From contig MQRK01216824.1 of the NCBI GenBank assembly GCA_001938485.1, positions 1 to 58,467 of the forward strand: a DNA stretch of 58,467 nucleotides, given 5' to 3'. Position numbers and translations under genes: made by a program. Below are positions 27,101 through 42,480 of this stretch, piece after piece (the first letter of the stretch is position 1; each line of letters begins with the position of its first letter). The notes beneath the pieces were generated by a model. The model was not told the origin of the DNA, did not search any database, and saw nothing but the letters and a program-made list of their open reading frames with translations. The DNA is from Girardia tigrina (Eukaryota).

Positions 27101-30100
27101 TTTCAAATAATGTCTGAAGCTCGTTTAGTGTTTCAGGTTCAGATATTTACATTTTATCTTTAAGAAACCTCGATAGACTTGGAGAATATGCTGATCAATA
27201 GTTTCTATCCTCGGTAAATTGTTCTATCTCCAGTCTAATTATACGGATATTGACATGTTTGTTGAGAAACTCAAACGTTTTATATGTGATTTTATCGATT
27301 GCGTTGACATATGGTATAACTTGTTCACGAAGCTTTCGAGTTGACATTGTATATTATAAGAAGTTTAACTATTCCAAATTAAGTTTTACAACAATCAGTC
27401 AACCATGTCGAATTAAAGAGATTAATCAAAGTGAAATGCTGATGAATTAAGTCCAAAATTAGGGCAACTATACTAAAATAGTACTTTTATTTTAAAAATA
27501 TTTATTAATACGAATTACTTATATATGTCTTTATTTTATAATTATTAATTCAAAAAATTGACATTTTTTTTATATTTAATATATTTATTACCTAATATAA
27601 TTTTAATTATATATAATTACTATGTGTTAATTTTCAATTTACTGCTTGAGATTTAAATAGTTTAAAAAATTAAATATAATTAAAAAAATTACTCTGTAAA
27701 ATAAGATTTTATGAATTATAATTTAAAAATTTTAAAATTATTATGTTTTAAGATAAAATAAAATTATTATTTATTATTGCGAATCGCATTTATGCAGTTT
27801 TCATTATCAGCAAAAATTTATTAATATAATAAACATAGATTTCAAACAAATTTTCGTTAACTAAATTTTTCATATCGACAAATCTTTAATTAATTTCGTT
27901 CAAATTATTATCCTATATTTTATCCTAATTTTATTAGTATCAATTTACTCTATTATATTCTATAACATTTTTATTTAATCAAACTTTTTATTATTAAAAT
28001 TTATTTATAAAATTTATTCAATTTATACAAATTCTAATTCATTTCAAATTATTTTGTAAAACTAATTAACCAAATTAATTAATTTAAGTTCTTTAAAAAT
28101 AATTTCGTAGAAGCCTTTTATTATACATTTACAGTACAAATTTTATTTCGTTTATTATGTATTTCAAAATTCTTATTTTAAAAGCTTTTACTGATTATTT
28201 CTCTTTTTAAAATATATTGAATTTATTTAATATAAGCTTTTTTAGATTTTAAATTCTGTTTTTTGTATTATATAATTATTTTTTTTATTAAAATTTTAAA
28301 TTAAAAAAATTGTAAATTATTCAGTGAATTGAAAATTTTAACTAAATCCTCATAATTATGGTTACAATAAAAAGAATTACTTGAAACTAATTTTATTTGT
28401 AATATGTGATATTCAATGCATATATAATTTCATAACTAGTATTTGGTTTCTTACAATCTGTATATGTATATTTTAGATCTCCGTATGAATATGAATTATA
28501 TTTGCGTCCTGATTTGTATACATCAAAGCATACTCAGTGGTACTACTTTCGAGTATCAAATACTCGAGCAAACAAAATGTACAGATTCACAATTGTCAAT
28601 CTATATAAGGTAATATTTTTTGCTGAAAATCTCTAAACATCAATGTGATTATGTGAGTATTGTAATGAATTTTATGTATTTGGATCAAAACGTATTATTT
28701 GGCAATTTTGAAGTTTGATTACCGACTTGCACTTGATTTATAATTAAGTAAACCCCTATTAAATAATGGTCTGTTATGGATGTTAAACTAAAAGCGCATA
28801 GAAATATATTTGTCAGGAAAAGAAGTTTATGAGGCATGAGTAAGAAGTAAATATATATTGGAAATTTACTTCTCGACTTAGTAGAAAATTTATAACTGAA
28901 TTAGAGAAGAGAAGAATCAACAACTTGAATCTATGTATATTATATCGATTACGTTTCAAAAGATTTTAAAACTTTCAAATCATCAATTTTGAAAAAATAG
29001 CATTCACAGAACTATGAACTTAAAATTATTTCTGAGAACTATAAAATTGTGTTATGTTTAGTATTAATTTTCATTCTTCTCGCAGTTTGTGTTTCAATCG
29101 CGTTAATAAATATATTTGTAATTGGTGTAAGACCACAAATATTGGAGAGACTCTGTCATGTCTACAAATGGGTCAAAGAGCATCGACATATGCGTCATCA
29201 AGCTACTTTTGGAAATATTTAACTTAGATCAGTTGAGTCTGAGTTGTTGTTATTTTTGTCTGACGATGGTATTGGACAATCCACCTAAATTAATTTCGAA
29301 AATTAATTTGGAAAAATAATGTTTTTTTATGAAATTTTGGAATAGTTACAATTTGCAATTATTTTTTTATTTCCTAGAGAAGAGAATGCTTCCTTATGCA
29401 TTGGTTTGGACCAAGACGCATTTGAATTATTTATTTATTTTGTATATTTTATTGTAGTATCTTGATATTGATCTTCCGTTGTCATTTTTTAAGCAACAAT
29501 AGTTCTATTTTTAAAAAATTATCATAATTATAATGAAAAATTGTATCATATTATTTGTAATCAATTATTTTTTTGATAAAATGATTTATCTAAAATAAAT
29601 ATTGACTCTAATTAGTTTTGAAAGTGAAAGTAAACTAAAAATAATAACATTTGATTGGAAAAAAATCTATCATAAAAATAATTGATAGAACATTTTAGAT
29701 ATTATTTTATAAATACGTATTAATATAATTTATTGAATCTCAATTTCGCAAAAGAAATTAGTTACAGTATTAATCGTTGGTGACGCTGTAAACTTGTAGT
29801 AAATCAGGTATCGGAAACGTTTAGGACTATTTATAACTTATAAATAGATTTTTTTGTCAAGAAAACCACAGATGTTTTTTTATGAAATTTTGGAATAGTT
29901 ACAATTTGCAATTATTTTTTTATTTCCTAGAGAAGAGAATGCTTCCTTATGCATTGGTTTGGACCAAGACGCATTTGAATTATTTTTTCAGTTCTTATTA
30001 CTCGTGTCAGAACAGCCTTAACACATCAGAATTAGTAAATTTGCAAATTATATACCACAAATTTATTTACAGAAAACATCACGTTTAGTAAAGGAATTGG

Positions 30101-33100
30101 TAAACATCACAAAATATGCTATGTGGAAGTGATCCAAAGCAGTGACTATAAGAGCAGCGCACAATGATTTAAGTATGGTATTTTTCAAGATAATCCATTC
30201 AATTTATCTGGGTACATAGTAAAACGTTTGGAAAAGAACGAAATACTTGATGTCGTCCATCACAAACAACAAGATATTTCTCTCAGTATTTATACGTTAT
30301 TTCTTAACTGTCAATCAACTTTGGTTGATGTTGAAGGCTGCTTTTCAATTCTTGGAAACATTTTGCGGAAAAACAGGTTTTTTCCATCAAACGCGGTTCA
30401 ATATTTGCGTTTATCATACAATAAAAACAAGGGAAGATTAATTAAATCCACTAATACTTCTTTTGTGATTAGAAGAAATACATTTGGTTTGGATTTAATC
30501 TTTTTTCTACCTTAACTGTGTTAAAATAAGGTGGTACGTGTTAAGTCTGTTTTATAGTAATTTTTTTATATTGAAAACAATAATGTCAAAATAAAGTCGA
30601 AAATCTGTGACAATAAAATCTAGAAATATATTTTTTGGTCGATTCTAAGGTTACCATGTTTATAAGGTTAAATATTTTCATTTAACCGAAATATCTCATT
30701 TTGTTTGGGATCAAACGGAATGTATTTTACCAAAAACTGTTTATATTAAGCGAAATTCATTTAGAGAAATTGTGATAATTGTTAGGATTTTGTACTAATG
30801 TAAATTTTTGAACGTTATAAACTTAAATTTGTAAATTTGAGAAAATGTAAAATTGACAAATTTAATTTAAAGTTTTACCGTAATCATATTTTTATTACAC
30901 TATATTCATTTATAAAAGTTTCTGAATAGAAAATGATTTTCCTTGTAATTTTGTTTACAAAACAGAAATTTGTGTTGAAATCAAATTTTGAAATTATGTC
31001 TACTCTTCATTTTGAGTGCGCTTCGATTACGGTTTCGTCAAATATGTTTCAATCTTAAAACATTAGATATAATAAGTATATGTGGCGTTGTCGAAATCAA
31101 TAAAATATTTTCGTAAGAAATGTATATGCGCTGTTCAAGTCTCAAACACTTCATGTTAATTGGTATGTGATTGGAGATTGTAAATATAGCATAAACGTGG
31201 TCAAGTACACCAAAATTGGCAAGGAAATGAATGTTTTAATATATGAATTTGTGAATGTCTCATCAAATGGTAAAAATTATATAAAATATATGTGTAGAAA
31301 CATATTTCTACTTATAAAAAAATTAATAATTAAATTATTAATTTTTAAGTTTGTTTAAATATTCACTTAAAAAAAAATAAAACGTTTCCAAGTCAAGCGT
31401 GTTTTTTTTCTCATTTTATAAAATTTCGTCTTCAAATGGTGTCAGAAGCGACAAAATTGGACATATTTCGTCAAGAATGAATTCCACAATCAGAATTCCA
31501 TAGTATTTTGATAATCCGCAAATATGGTTCCAACAGGTAGAAGCGATTTTCACTATTGGAAATATCGTCAAAGAAGAAGCTAAATAATACCACATTCTTG
31601 CCAGCCTTACTCCAAGTATCCTGCTCTCAGTCCAAGATCAACTAACCATTTCATCAAGCACCCCATACTCAGATTTAAAACGAAGAATAATCAAACTCAA
31701 GCAAAAGTCAAAGGCATACCATCTACAAGAACTGTTGGATCAGAAGAACATCGGTGACTTACAACCGACAGAAATTCTACAAAAAATCAAGCGAAACGTT
31801 TCAGAACTGCAGTTTAGTTCAACAAATGATGATTCACTTCTAATACGTAATCTCTTTATTAGATCCTTACCCTCTCACATTTAGCTCCATCTAACAACCC
31901 GAAATGACAAAGATGTTGATGATCTGATGGAATTATCTCACAAATCAACGATCAACACGGTTAAAAACCAGTCAGAATTACGAGAATCACAATTGGTTGC
32001 AGAAATATCTATTTTAAGAGAGGAGATAAACGCGCTCAAGCAAAGAAGCTTAAGAGATGCAACAAACCCTACAATCTGCTATTATCATAATCGCTTCGGT
32101 TCCAAAGCTATTAAATACCAACAACCTTGTAAATGGAGCAACAATACATCGGGAAAAGGGACTGGTTCCTTGTAAAGCCGGCTCAGGAAACCAAATCAAC
32201 TCAAAAACCGGCCTCAATCTCCAGCATTTTCACAATTCCTGCAAAAACTCAGAGGTACTTAATTAATTTTCTCATAGACTCTGGTGCCGATGTCAGCATT
32301 CTTCCCTTAAAACAATTTCAACCTGACAATTCAAACTCAAGTGAAAAATTAACTTCATCAACAACTTTCCAATTAAAGTTTACGGAACCAAATCGATGAC
32401 TTTTCAATAAGTTGGACTAGAGCGATAATTTCAGTGGAAGTTTGAGGTTGCAAATGTCAACCGACCAATCCTAGGATCGGATTTCCCAGCATATGCCCAT
32501 GCCATTGTTGATTGTCAAAACAACAAAATTCGAATTGATGAAAACGTTATCCATGGATCCAGTAGATCAATTGAAACTATAGCTAATGATTACACAATGT
32601 AAGTTCAAAACTTAATATTGAAGCTGAAGGACGGCCAATTTTTCAACGAGCCCGACGCATTGGTGGGAAAATACTTGAATCAGTCCGTCGAGAATTTGAG
32701 AACATGCTGCAAAAAAAATTATCAGAGAGAGCAAAAGCGAATGGGCCTCACCACTAGTAATGGTAAACAAAGGTGATGGCTCTTACAGGCCATATGGTGA
32801 CTACCGACTATTAAATCAAAGAATTAAGCCCGACCGCTACCCACTATCACACATGTCAGATATACTCAGTGCCGTCAGTAACTGCAAAATATTCTCGACT
32901 ATTGATCAGAGAAAGCCTACCACCAAATTCCGATCAATGAAGAGGACAAACATTAAACGGCGATTATCACTCAAATCGGACTCCATGAATACAACTTCAT
33001 GCCATTAGGACTGAAAAACGCCTCCCAAGCTTTCCAATGGTACATTGATCAAATTCTAAGACCGTTTCGAGCATTTGCATCGTCATATATTGATGACATA

Positions 33101-36100
33101 ATAATATTCTCGCCTGATCAAAACAGTCACAAACAAAACCTCGCTGCCATCAGAACAGCATTACAACAGAATGGGCTGAAAATCAATGAAAACAAATGCA
33201 AATTCCATCAACATAATGTGAACTTTCTGGGTTTTAACATCTCGGGTAAGGGAATACAACCGATTCAAGACAAGATTGACCAGATATTGAATCTAAAAGC
33301 TCCAGTAAATGGCAAAGCACTGAAACGCTTCATTGGAGCAGTAACTTTCTATCAGTGGATGATACCACATTTATCACAAATAATATCACCTTTACATGAT
33401 TTAGCCGCATCAGCCAACAACAAGATGAAGCTGTTTGATTGAACGAGAGAACACCAGGAAGCATTCGAAACGTGCAAAAAGAATCTATCAAACATTACCT
33501 CGATGGTAGATCCCAATCAGGAGAAAATCATGGTACTATACACGGACGCCTCAACTAACGCAATCGGTGCAAGTCTTAACCAATACAATACATCAGAAAA
33601 ACTTGAGCCAATTGCTTTCATCTCTCGCAAACTCAATGGAGCAGAAAAGAAATACTCATATTTGACAGAGAAATCCTAGCGGTATATCTCTCGATCAAAC
33701 ATTTTAAACATCATTTAGAAGGAACCAAATTCATTCTGCGAACCGATTACAAACGCATACTGCACATTCATAGCTTGAAAAAACCATCCAACAGACAACG
33801 GAGATGGATCGAATTCATTACTAGTTTCTCATTCGATATGCAACATGTGGTAGGAAAATCCAACACAATTTCAGACTACCTATCAAGACCAGATCATAAG
33901 ATATCTAATTTGAATCGAATATCAACTCAAGAATTAGCCAGAGAGCAAGTCACTGATCCAAGTCTTCGAAACCTCAGAGCAACATATCTGAACATACAAA
34001 ACAAAAATGGATTGTTAATCGATACAACAAAAAAGAACAGAATTATTTTACCAAACAAATACAGATTCCGAGAATTCTCGAGACTGCACAATATAGCCCA
34101 TCCCGGAGTCAAAACAACAACCAATCTACTAGCAGAACGATATGTGTGGCCAAAAATGAGGTCTGAAATCAGGCAATGGGTACGAGGCTGTCATGAATGC
34201 CAAAAAGCTAAAATAAACAAACATACAAAATCTCCACTTAGAACATTTCCAGACCGTGGACGATTCAAAGTGGTCCACATTCATATTGTTGGTCCTCTCC
34301 CGCAAGTAGAAGGTAAAAGATTCATTTTAACTCTAATTGACAGGCAGACATTATAGACAGAAGCCATACCAATTAAAGAAATCTCGGCAACAAAGGTAGT
34401 GGAAACATTCGAAAGAGAGTGGATCTCTCGATATGCATGTCCTGAAATCATTATTTCTGATCAGGGGACCCAATTCTGCTCCGAAACATTCAACAAGCTA
34501 TGTAAAAAATATGGCATCAAACATCGACATACTACGGCCTATCACCCACAATGCAATGGGAAAGTGGAAAGGTTCCATCGCACAATGAAAAATGCCCTCC
34601 GAGCACATGCGAACAATGCAGAGAGCACTTGGGCAAATGATCTACCTTTAGTCATGTTAGGCATTAGAAATTCAGTAACAAGCAATGAGCCTGTGAGGCC
34701 TTCGCAAATGGTATTCGGAAGCGCCGCCAACATTCCAGGTGACCTAATTATTGAACCGTACAATCATGAAACTCCAACACACTCGACTGTTGAGCAAGCA
34801 ATAAAATACTACAACAGAGTTCGTTACCGAAGAACAATACATCAAACAATTTTTATTCCACAGGATCTATACAGCTGTGAATATGTGTGGATCAGATGTG
34901 AAACTAAAAGATGCCTTCAAAATCCATATGAAGGACCGTTCAAGGTTATCAGCCAAAGCACGGATTTGAAAACATTTGAAGTGAAAGTAGATGAAAATAT
35001 CAAGTGCATTTCAGTAGATAGACTTAAATCCTGCTTCGGCCTACAAGATCTTCAAATATGAGGGGGAGTTATGTAGAAACACATTTCTACTTAATAATCA
35101 AATTAATAATCAAATTATTAATTTTTAAGTTTGTTTAAATATTCACTTTTTTATAAAATAAAAAGTTTCCAAGTTTTAAAAAATGTCGTCTTCAATATTA
35201 AACAGAACTAACTGTACTATAAAGCACAAACGTGTGTTGTTTGTACAAAATTGTATTGACCGTTTTTCTTTAGAAAAGGTTACTAGTTATACAGTACATT
35301 GTCATTTTCTATTATGCGGTTGTGATACATTAAAACATTTTTCCAAACAAAGAAGATTAACCATTTGTCAGCGTTAAACATTATTTAACATTAAATCCGG
35401 GCGACTATAGTCGATTTACGCGTTCAAAGGGTTAAAATTCATTGATGAATCGAATTTTTATTCAAAATTTAAAATGTTGTAGCACATGTTTACCAGGACG
35501 ATTGCTACTTGATGTGCAAGTCTACACTTCTGCAATTCGTACATACCCTTTCAACCCTTTCCAGCCCATTGTTGCCGTATGGTAACATATTTGAAAAATT
35601 AAATTACAGTTATCTCTTTTACTCAATTTAAATTTTACACATAGTAATAGTTTCTAAAAAGTCTAATAGATGACACTACATATATTAGAATGCAAAAAAA
35701 GAAAGCAAACAAAACAACAATAAAAAAATTTTTTTTTCAAAAATAATAATTTGGGCTGGAAAGGGTTAAAAAATATTCAAAACCATTTTAATTTTATGAA
35801 GCCCATAAGACTAGTGAACAATGGTTATTTCCAGTAATCAGATACTGGTTAGATAAGTTATTCTATATGCTCCGTGCGTCAAACGAGCAACAAATGAATG
35901 TTTCAATCAACAATCTGGCAATCTTTCTGCTATAATTTGACGCATAAAAAGAAATGTTTTCTAAGGGACTCGTTTGACGTCTCATAACGGAAAATAATCA
36001 AACAGTCAAAGGCTCAACGCGTCATTATATTACAAGTAAGCGTTTGGCTTGTTTGATGCCTCAATTCCATTTCTTGATATTCAAACACAATTGTGTCAAT

Positions 36101-36954
36101 TATACTTGTATTTTTTATATTTTCTAATGTAATAAACATTGATAAAAGAAGAAAACGTCTTAAATGTTAGTTTTATTATCATAAAATTTTAATATTTCCC
36201 ATTAAAATTCATAAATCAAAGTCAAGTTCACAAATCAAATCAAGTCCCATTTTTAAAAATAAAACTTCTAAACTCTTTTATTTTGATTTAAAGAATAAAT
36301 CAGAATTGGCTAAACTGAAAATTCAAAACGAATGTGTGACTAAAGGTGATGTTTTGAGATGTTCTAAAATGTGCTATTTAATTCTAAAAGACTCTTGCAC
36401 AAGTGCAATTATCTTCTAATTGCATCTCAAATTCACTGGTGACAACAATAAAATCTTCTGGTGCAATTTCAACAAAACAATAAACAGGTTGTATTATCAT
36501 CAATTTATTGCAACAAACAAACTCTTTTGTCTATTTATTCGTTCTGAGGCTTCAAATATAATGAAAATAAAATTATAATTAACTCTTGTCAATCAGACAA
36601 TCAAATCGCAAATCCTAAAGTTAATAAATAATAATAAGTAATAAACAAATTTACAATTATTTGTGAAAAATAATATTTCTTGAATTTAATAATCCAGTTA
36701 ACAACTAGATGTATAAAAAATAAAACTGCAGATTCAATATGTCATTTAGCTTCTTGAAGTTTACTATAGAATTTGTGCTTGAGATAATCATTAGGATATC
36801 CTTATTGAGCAATCTTCGAGCCTTTTGTCAGTTTAAATCTTCACAGTACACCCAAACATTCTTAAATTTCATCACTGAAAACCAAGTGAAAAAATCTGAC
36901 AGGATAATAAAAAGGAAAATGACTTGAAATGCGATTTAAAATTCAATCAATTTA

Positions 36955-37007
<53 letters not shown>

Positions 37008-40000
37008 NNNNNNNNNNNNNNNNNNNNNNNNNNNNNNNNNNNNNNNNNNNNNNNNNNNNNNNNNNNNNNNNNNNNNNNNNNNNNNNNNNNNNNNNNNNNN
37101 NNNNNNNNNNNNNNNNNNNNNNNNNNNNNNNNNNNNNNNNNNNNNNNNNNNNNNNNNNNNNNNNNNNNNNNNNNNNNNNNNNNNNNNNNNNNNNNNNNNN
37201 NNNNNNNNNNNNNNNNNNNNNNNNNNNNNNNNNNNNNNNNNNNNNNNNNNNNNNNNNNNNNNNNNNNNNNNNNNNNNNNNNNNNNNNNNNNNNNNNNNNN
37301 NNNNNNNNNNNNNNNNNNNNNNNNNNNNNNNNNNNNNNNNNNNNNNNNNNNNNNNNNNNNNNNNNNNNNNNNNNNNNNNNNNNNNNNNNNNNNNNNNNNN
37401 NNNNNNNNNNNNNNNNNNNNNNNNNNNNNNNNNNNNAGAAATAGTTCGATATTGAGCCATATTAAAAGATGTAAAGGTAATCTTATGAATTACAATAAAG
37501 ATTTTAAAGTGATTTTAAATAATTTTGACACAAATTATGAAAGGATTATTGCCGAAGCATTGTTAATAAAGCATCATAAAACATGCTTAAACGTGCAAGG
37601 TGATTCATCTAATCATATTAAAGTTTTTTAAAATATCATTAAAAATACTTTCCTTTTTTTTTAAGAAAAGAAAAAAAGCATGTTTTTGAGACGTATGATG
37701 TAATAGTTTTTCAACTATATAAATAGCAATTAATCACTTTATTTCATTGCACTGAAGATTCTCCAGGAATTCTTGCTGTATCTCTTTAAATTCTGCTTTT
37801 GAGGTGAGATACATAACTCTAGGGTGTTTCTTTAGATAATGGAAACAATAAAAATAACTCGGATCTAATTTTGGCGAATAGGGAGGGTGACAAACAAATC
37901 GTGAAGAAAGTTTTCTCAAAAATCCATAGACTTTATTAAAGAAAACCATTTTTGTTGTGATGCGTATGTCAAAATTGACAATATTCTCCAATTTATCTTT
38001 AATGCTTTTACCAATTTTCAAAGGTCTCCCGATAATATTCTCATCAAAAACACTCTGTCTACCGTGTTTAAATTGGAAGTAAAAATTAATCCAGTCATAA
38101 ATAGTAGTTTTGTTTGGGCTTTCATAATAATATACATTCCCAAACCCCTCAATTATTTCCTTCGCCGAAAACCACAAACTTTATTACTCTACGAAATTCC
38201 ACGGGAGAATACATTATTATGACGAAAATTAGAATGACCACAAAGATTAGACCATATGCAGATGTTCCAATAAAAAAAATGTATTTATGTTACATATAAT
38301 ACTCAAGGAATATATCACGAAAATTGCACTAAAATTAATGTATTATTTGACCTTCATTCCTTGTATATAATGGACGCACTACATATTATTTGATTGATTA
38401 TTTCATTTAGTAAGTTTTAAAGCAGTTGTGGTCAACTCAAATGATCATACGGAGCACTTTGAAAACCATCATAAATTTGCGGGCCGCATTTAAAATTATT
38501 TGTATATTAGATTTTAACCCACTAAAGACATTTTTTGGAGTGAAAAAATGAAACATAATGAGTTATTATTATTGTGTTTACTAATATTCTACAAATTAAC
38601 ATAGATAATATAATAATAATGATACTAAACGAACATTGTAAAAATTATATATAAATTTCAAGAAAATTAAACAATGATGTTAAAAAAATATATTTATTTT
38701 ATTTTTTTCTAAATTCTTCTACTTAGCACTTGCAAGTCGATTTCTATTTGGGTATTTGCACATCGTATTTGGGCTTGGAGGTTAGCGTCCATTATGTTTG
38801 ACCGTGTTTTGTGTTTAGTCAATTTCATTTTCGATACAAACGTTTCACGGATATATCGTTTGTTGAACCAAAAGCGATAAAAACTTTTTATACCAGATTT
38901 CTCCAAGTTGAAAATTTCTCTTTTGTGACGTAGGTACTATAAAAATCTATTTCAAAAATGTATTTTAATTGAATATTGCATTGTAAGTCAACCATATATT
39001 TTCTAAATATATGTTGTAAAAGTGTGATAAATCTGGTCACTCTTGTTTTAAAGAATTAAAATAGAACGTATTTTGATTAACCTTTTATCATTATCAATTA
39101 AATTTTTCTAAATAATAATTATTTATTATAATAGTTAGACAACTAAGTTATTTACCAAATAAACAATGCTACACAATAAAACATCTCAAAAGGTGAATCA
39201 AAAGTTTCTCTATATTCCTCTTATTTAAGTTATATCAATCTTTCTGGATCAATTTGATTGTAAATGCTCGTAATTTCTCTCCATTATACGAATTTTGACA
39301 TCCATGACAATTACATTTGTATGCAAGATAACATTCAATTGGGCAGTGAGTTTTCAAATACCTAATTTTACTTGTATCTAACAATATCAAAGCACTAATA
39401 ATATTTTTTAAGTGTATTAAAACACTTAAATCTTTCAAATTATGGAATTTTTATAATCATTGTGTTTCATTGTCTCCTATTTTGTCTTATTTTATTCTCT
39501 ATTTTCCTATTTTATATGCATATTGTAAATGTACATTTTTTATTTTTTTATGTATGTGTTGTTGATTTTTTTTATGAGAAATTTTTTTGCGAATTTAAAT
39601 TGGAATTAATTTTGTAGTTTTAAATTCTAATGGAATATTTTGTGTTTCTGCTTTCAATGGGGAATGTTTATTCGATTGTTGATTGAGAGGCGATTTCGTC
39701 TCCGTTCACACCACAATTCGCTCTCAATTTTCGCCATTCGGTGTTGATGACGATGAAATAATTAATCCCATAGTAATATGGAATATTTGAAATTAATTAA
39801 AAAAATCAATTATTAATTGAACGACAAAATTTGGATTTTTGAATTAGAAAAATAAGAAGTTTTCTAGAAACCATCATCACTTCACCATTTCCTTAGCCAA
39901 TTCCCTCAATTTCCGATCAGTAAAAGAAAGTTCCGTTTTTCCAACAAGGACGAAAATTATATTATAATTGTAAACTATAACTATTCCGTCTTTCCTCAAC

Positions 40001-42428
40001 CAATCCATTTAATTTACAACCAGTCAATAATAAAAAAATCAAATCTCTAATTGGAGACGTTAATAATCAAGACGATCTGAGAAAGGCAATAACCTAACAA
40101 TTCAGTTCTCACGAAAAATAAAACAAGTAACGTGTATTTCTCTAAAAAAAACCAATCGACCTGTTTCTTGTTGTTGTGATCGAGAAAAATTTATTTTCTT
40201 CTACATCTTTCCGTTATAGTTATGAAATATCAATATATTTGCTAAAGAAAGCACTTTCAATTATTATAAATTTTTGAGATTGTTTCCTTTACACATATTA
40301 TTAGTGAAGCGTTTCTTGTTAATGTCCATCACAATAAGACCACCTCATTCATTCTTATAAATCGACGGAGGAGTTCAAACTATGTAAACCACCTTTTTGT
40401 TCATATGAATTTTTATTTCATAGTAACTTTTTAAATGTTAAGTAAAGTCCTTTATCAGTTGCCTTTCTGTACATTTATTGTATACATTGTACACACAAAA
40501 AAGCATATATATATAAATTTATATTTATTAAAAATTTCAAATTAGATTTTCAAAAAGGTAAAAACGGTTGTAAATTTCTAAAATAAAGTGATTTAAAAAG
40601 ATCAACAAAAACGCATTCTTTCCTTAACTAACAATAACTAAAGCACATTGGGATTTTGTGTCAGAGGTAAATTTTCTCATTAAATATTTTGACCAAATAA
40701 TATTTAATATTCTCGAACATTCTTAACAACAGTTTGCAAACTATACAAAAAAAATAAATATAAATTAGATAATTTTTATTACTTAAAATTAAGTAAAACG
40801 TTTTAATGAAGTACTTTTACCTTTTTATCTTTGTTTTATATCTGTTTAATATTGAATTAATTATTCTATTGTAACTTAATTGGACAACATACAAATAAAT
40901 AAATATTGTTAGAACATAAATGACATTATTGACTAAACTGATTTAACTTTGTTATTGCATTCTCATGATTGTAGAGATTAGCGGATATTTAAACATTGTA
41001 AAATTCTCTAAGAGAAGTTGTTATTTTAATAGAATATATCCTTATATTTATAAAATATATAACAGGTCTTGATTCGAAAAAAAAATTAAAAAAGCAAAAA
41101 ATGGTGATTTTAAACACCTGAAATACGTTTGTTGTTTACAGAAATTAGGGTATTTAGATGTCTAAAACTAGTAAATCAAAAAATTAAATTTTTTATATCC
41201 ATTCTTTATGCAGACAGAACTCTACTTTGCCAACAAAGTTTTTAAAATTTAAAAAATTTTAATTAAAAAAACACATTGAAAATCAATATAAACTACTTTA
41301 ATTTTTAATTTATTTTTATTTTTTTAATTTATTTTTTTAATTTATAAGTAGATATCTAAAAATTAATATTGTTCGGGAACTCTGAATTTTCCGTTTTTCC
41401 AATTTTTGGATCGTATTTTTTGATCAAATTTTTACATAATCATTTATTGTCATCGAGAAGGAGTAAGTGTGCAAAGTTTGAAGAAAATCGATTGAGTAAA
41501 AAGCCTTCAAAAACATGTTTCTAAATTCCATGGATATATATCGTAGCACGTCAAAATGTCGCGAACAAAAATAACGCGAATCAAAATGTCGTGTATCCAA
41601 AATATCACAAACTAATAAGAAAAAAAACGTATATACAGGCATTCACTGTCTGGATAACTTTGAGACAAAAATTATGACCAAGATCTATTAAATGTGATTA
41701 TGAAATGAGTGATATTAATGCCTTTGGTCAAACATTTTCTTTGGAAATACACGGGGTTTTTTTTCATTTCACTTAATGTTTGTGGAGGTGTATTCAAAAT
41801 TATCCACAAGCTTTTCATGAATATAAGATCAATCCAATGTTTTCATCACATGTACGTATGTTGGCAGTCATTGCCTTTGTACTTGAAAACCATGCCATTA
41901 TGGTATTTGAAACATTATGTGGATCGGAATATTACTCTGAAAATGAAGATTTATTAAATCCGATAATATTTTATTTTGAAGATATTTGGATTGGTCGATC
42001 GCAAATGAGCAATAATCGTAAAAGTTGACCTTTAGGAATGAAAAAAATATTGGGACAATGCACAAATATTATACAGGATAGTAACTAGTTACAATGATGC
42101 ATTACTTTTAAATTATTTGAAGGGTGTGGGAAGCAATTTTCATTTGAACGTTTAATAAAATATTGAAGCATTAAACGTTTTTTGATAAATAAAAATGGGT
42201 TTATAAAATATATTTTTGTTTTCAAATTTGAATGCAAACAATTTTTATTTATTATTATTTGTTTTTATACTATATTTTTATAATTAACATATTAATTTTA
42301 CTTTATTTTAAGTAACAATACTTTAGTTAAAGTTTTATAATTAAGTTTTTTAAACATTTATATCTGCGATATTTTTGTTCGCGACATTATGACCGCGGCA
42401 ATTTTGTCGGCGACATTTTGACGTGGAA

Positions 42429-42480
<52 letters not shown>

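Larger units (their letters stand above)
31293..35194 (+). mobile_element. Near-complete but defective Gypsy LTR retrotransposon, CsRn1-like gag
   Basis: TG..CA LTRs, PBS, gag [10 protein letters not shown] and CYYHNRFG, protease FLIDSGA, RT YIDD, RNase H TDAS, integrase [24 protein letters not shown]; 5-bp flanks ATATG/ATATT; multiple stops and frameshifts. Confidence 0.95.

Noticed and set aside
2773-35061. Alternative genetic code suggested by many in-frame stops
   Set aside because: Stops occur only in TE relics alongside frameshifts; all 18 host exons read open in the standard code
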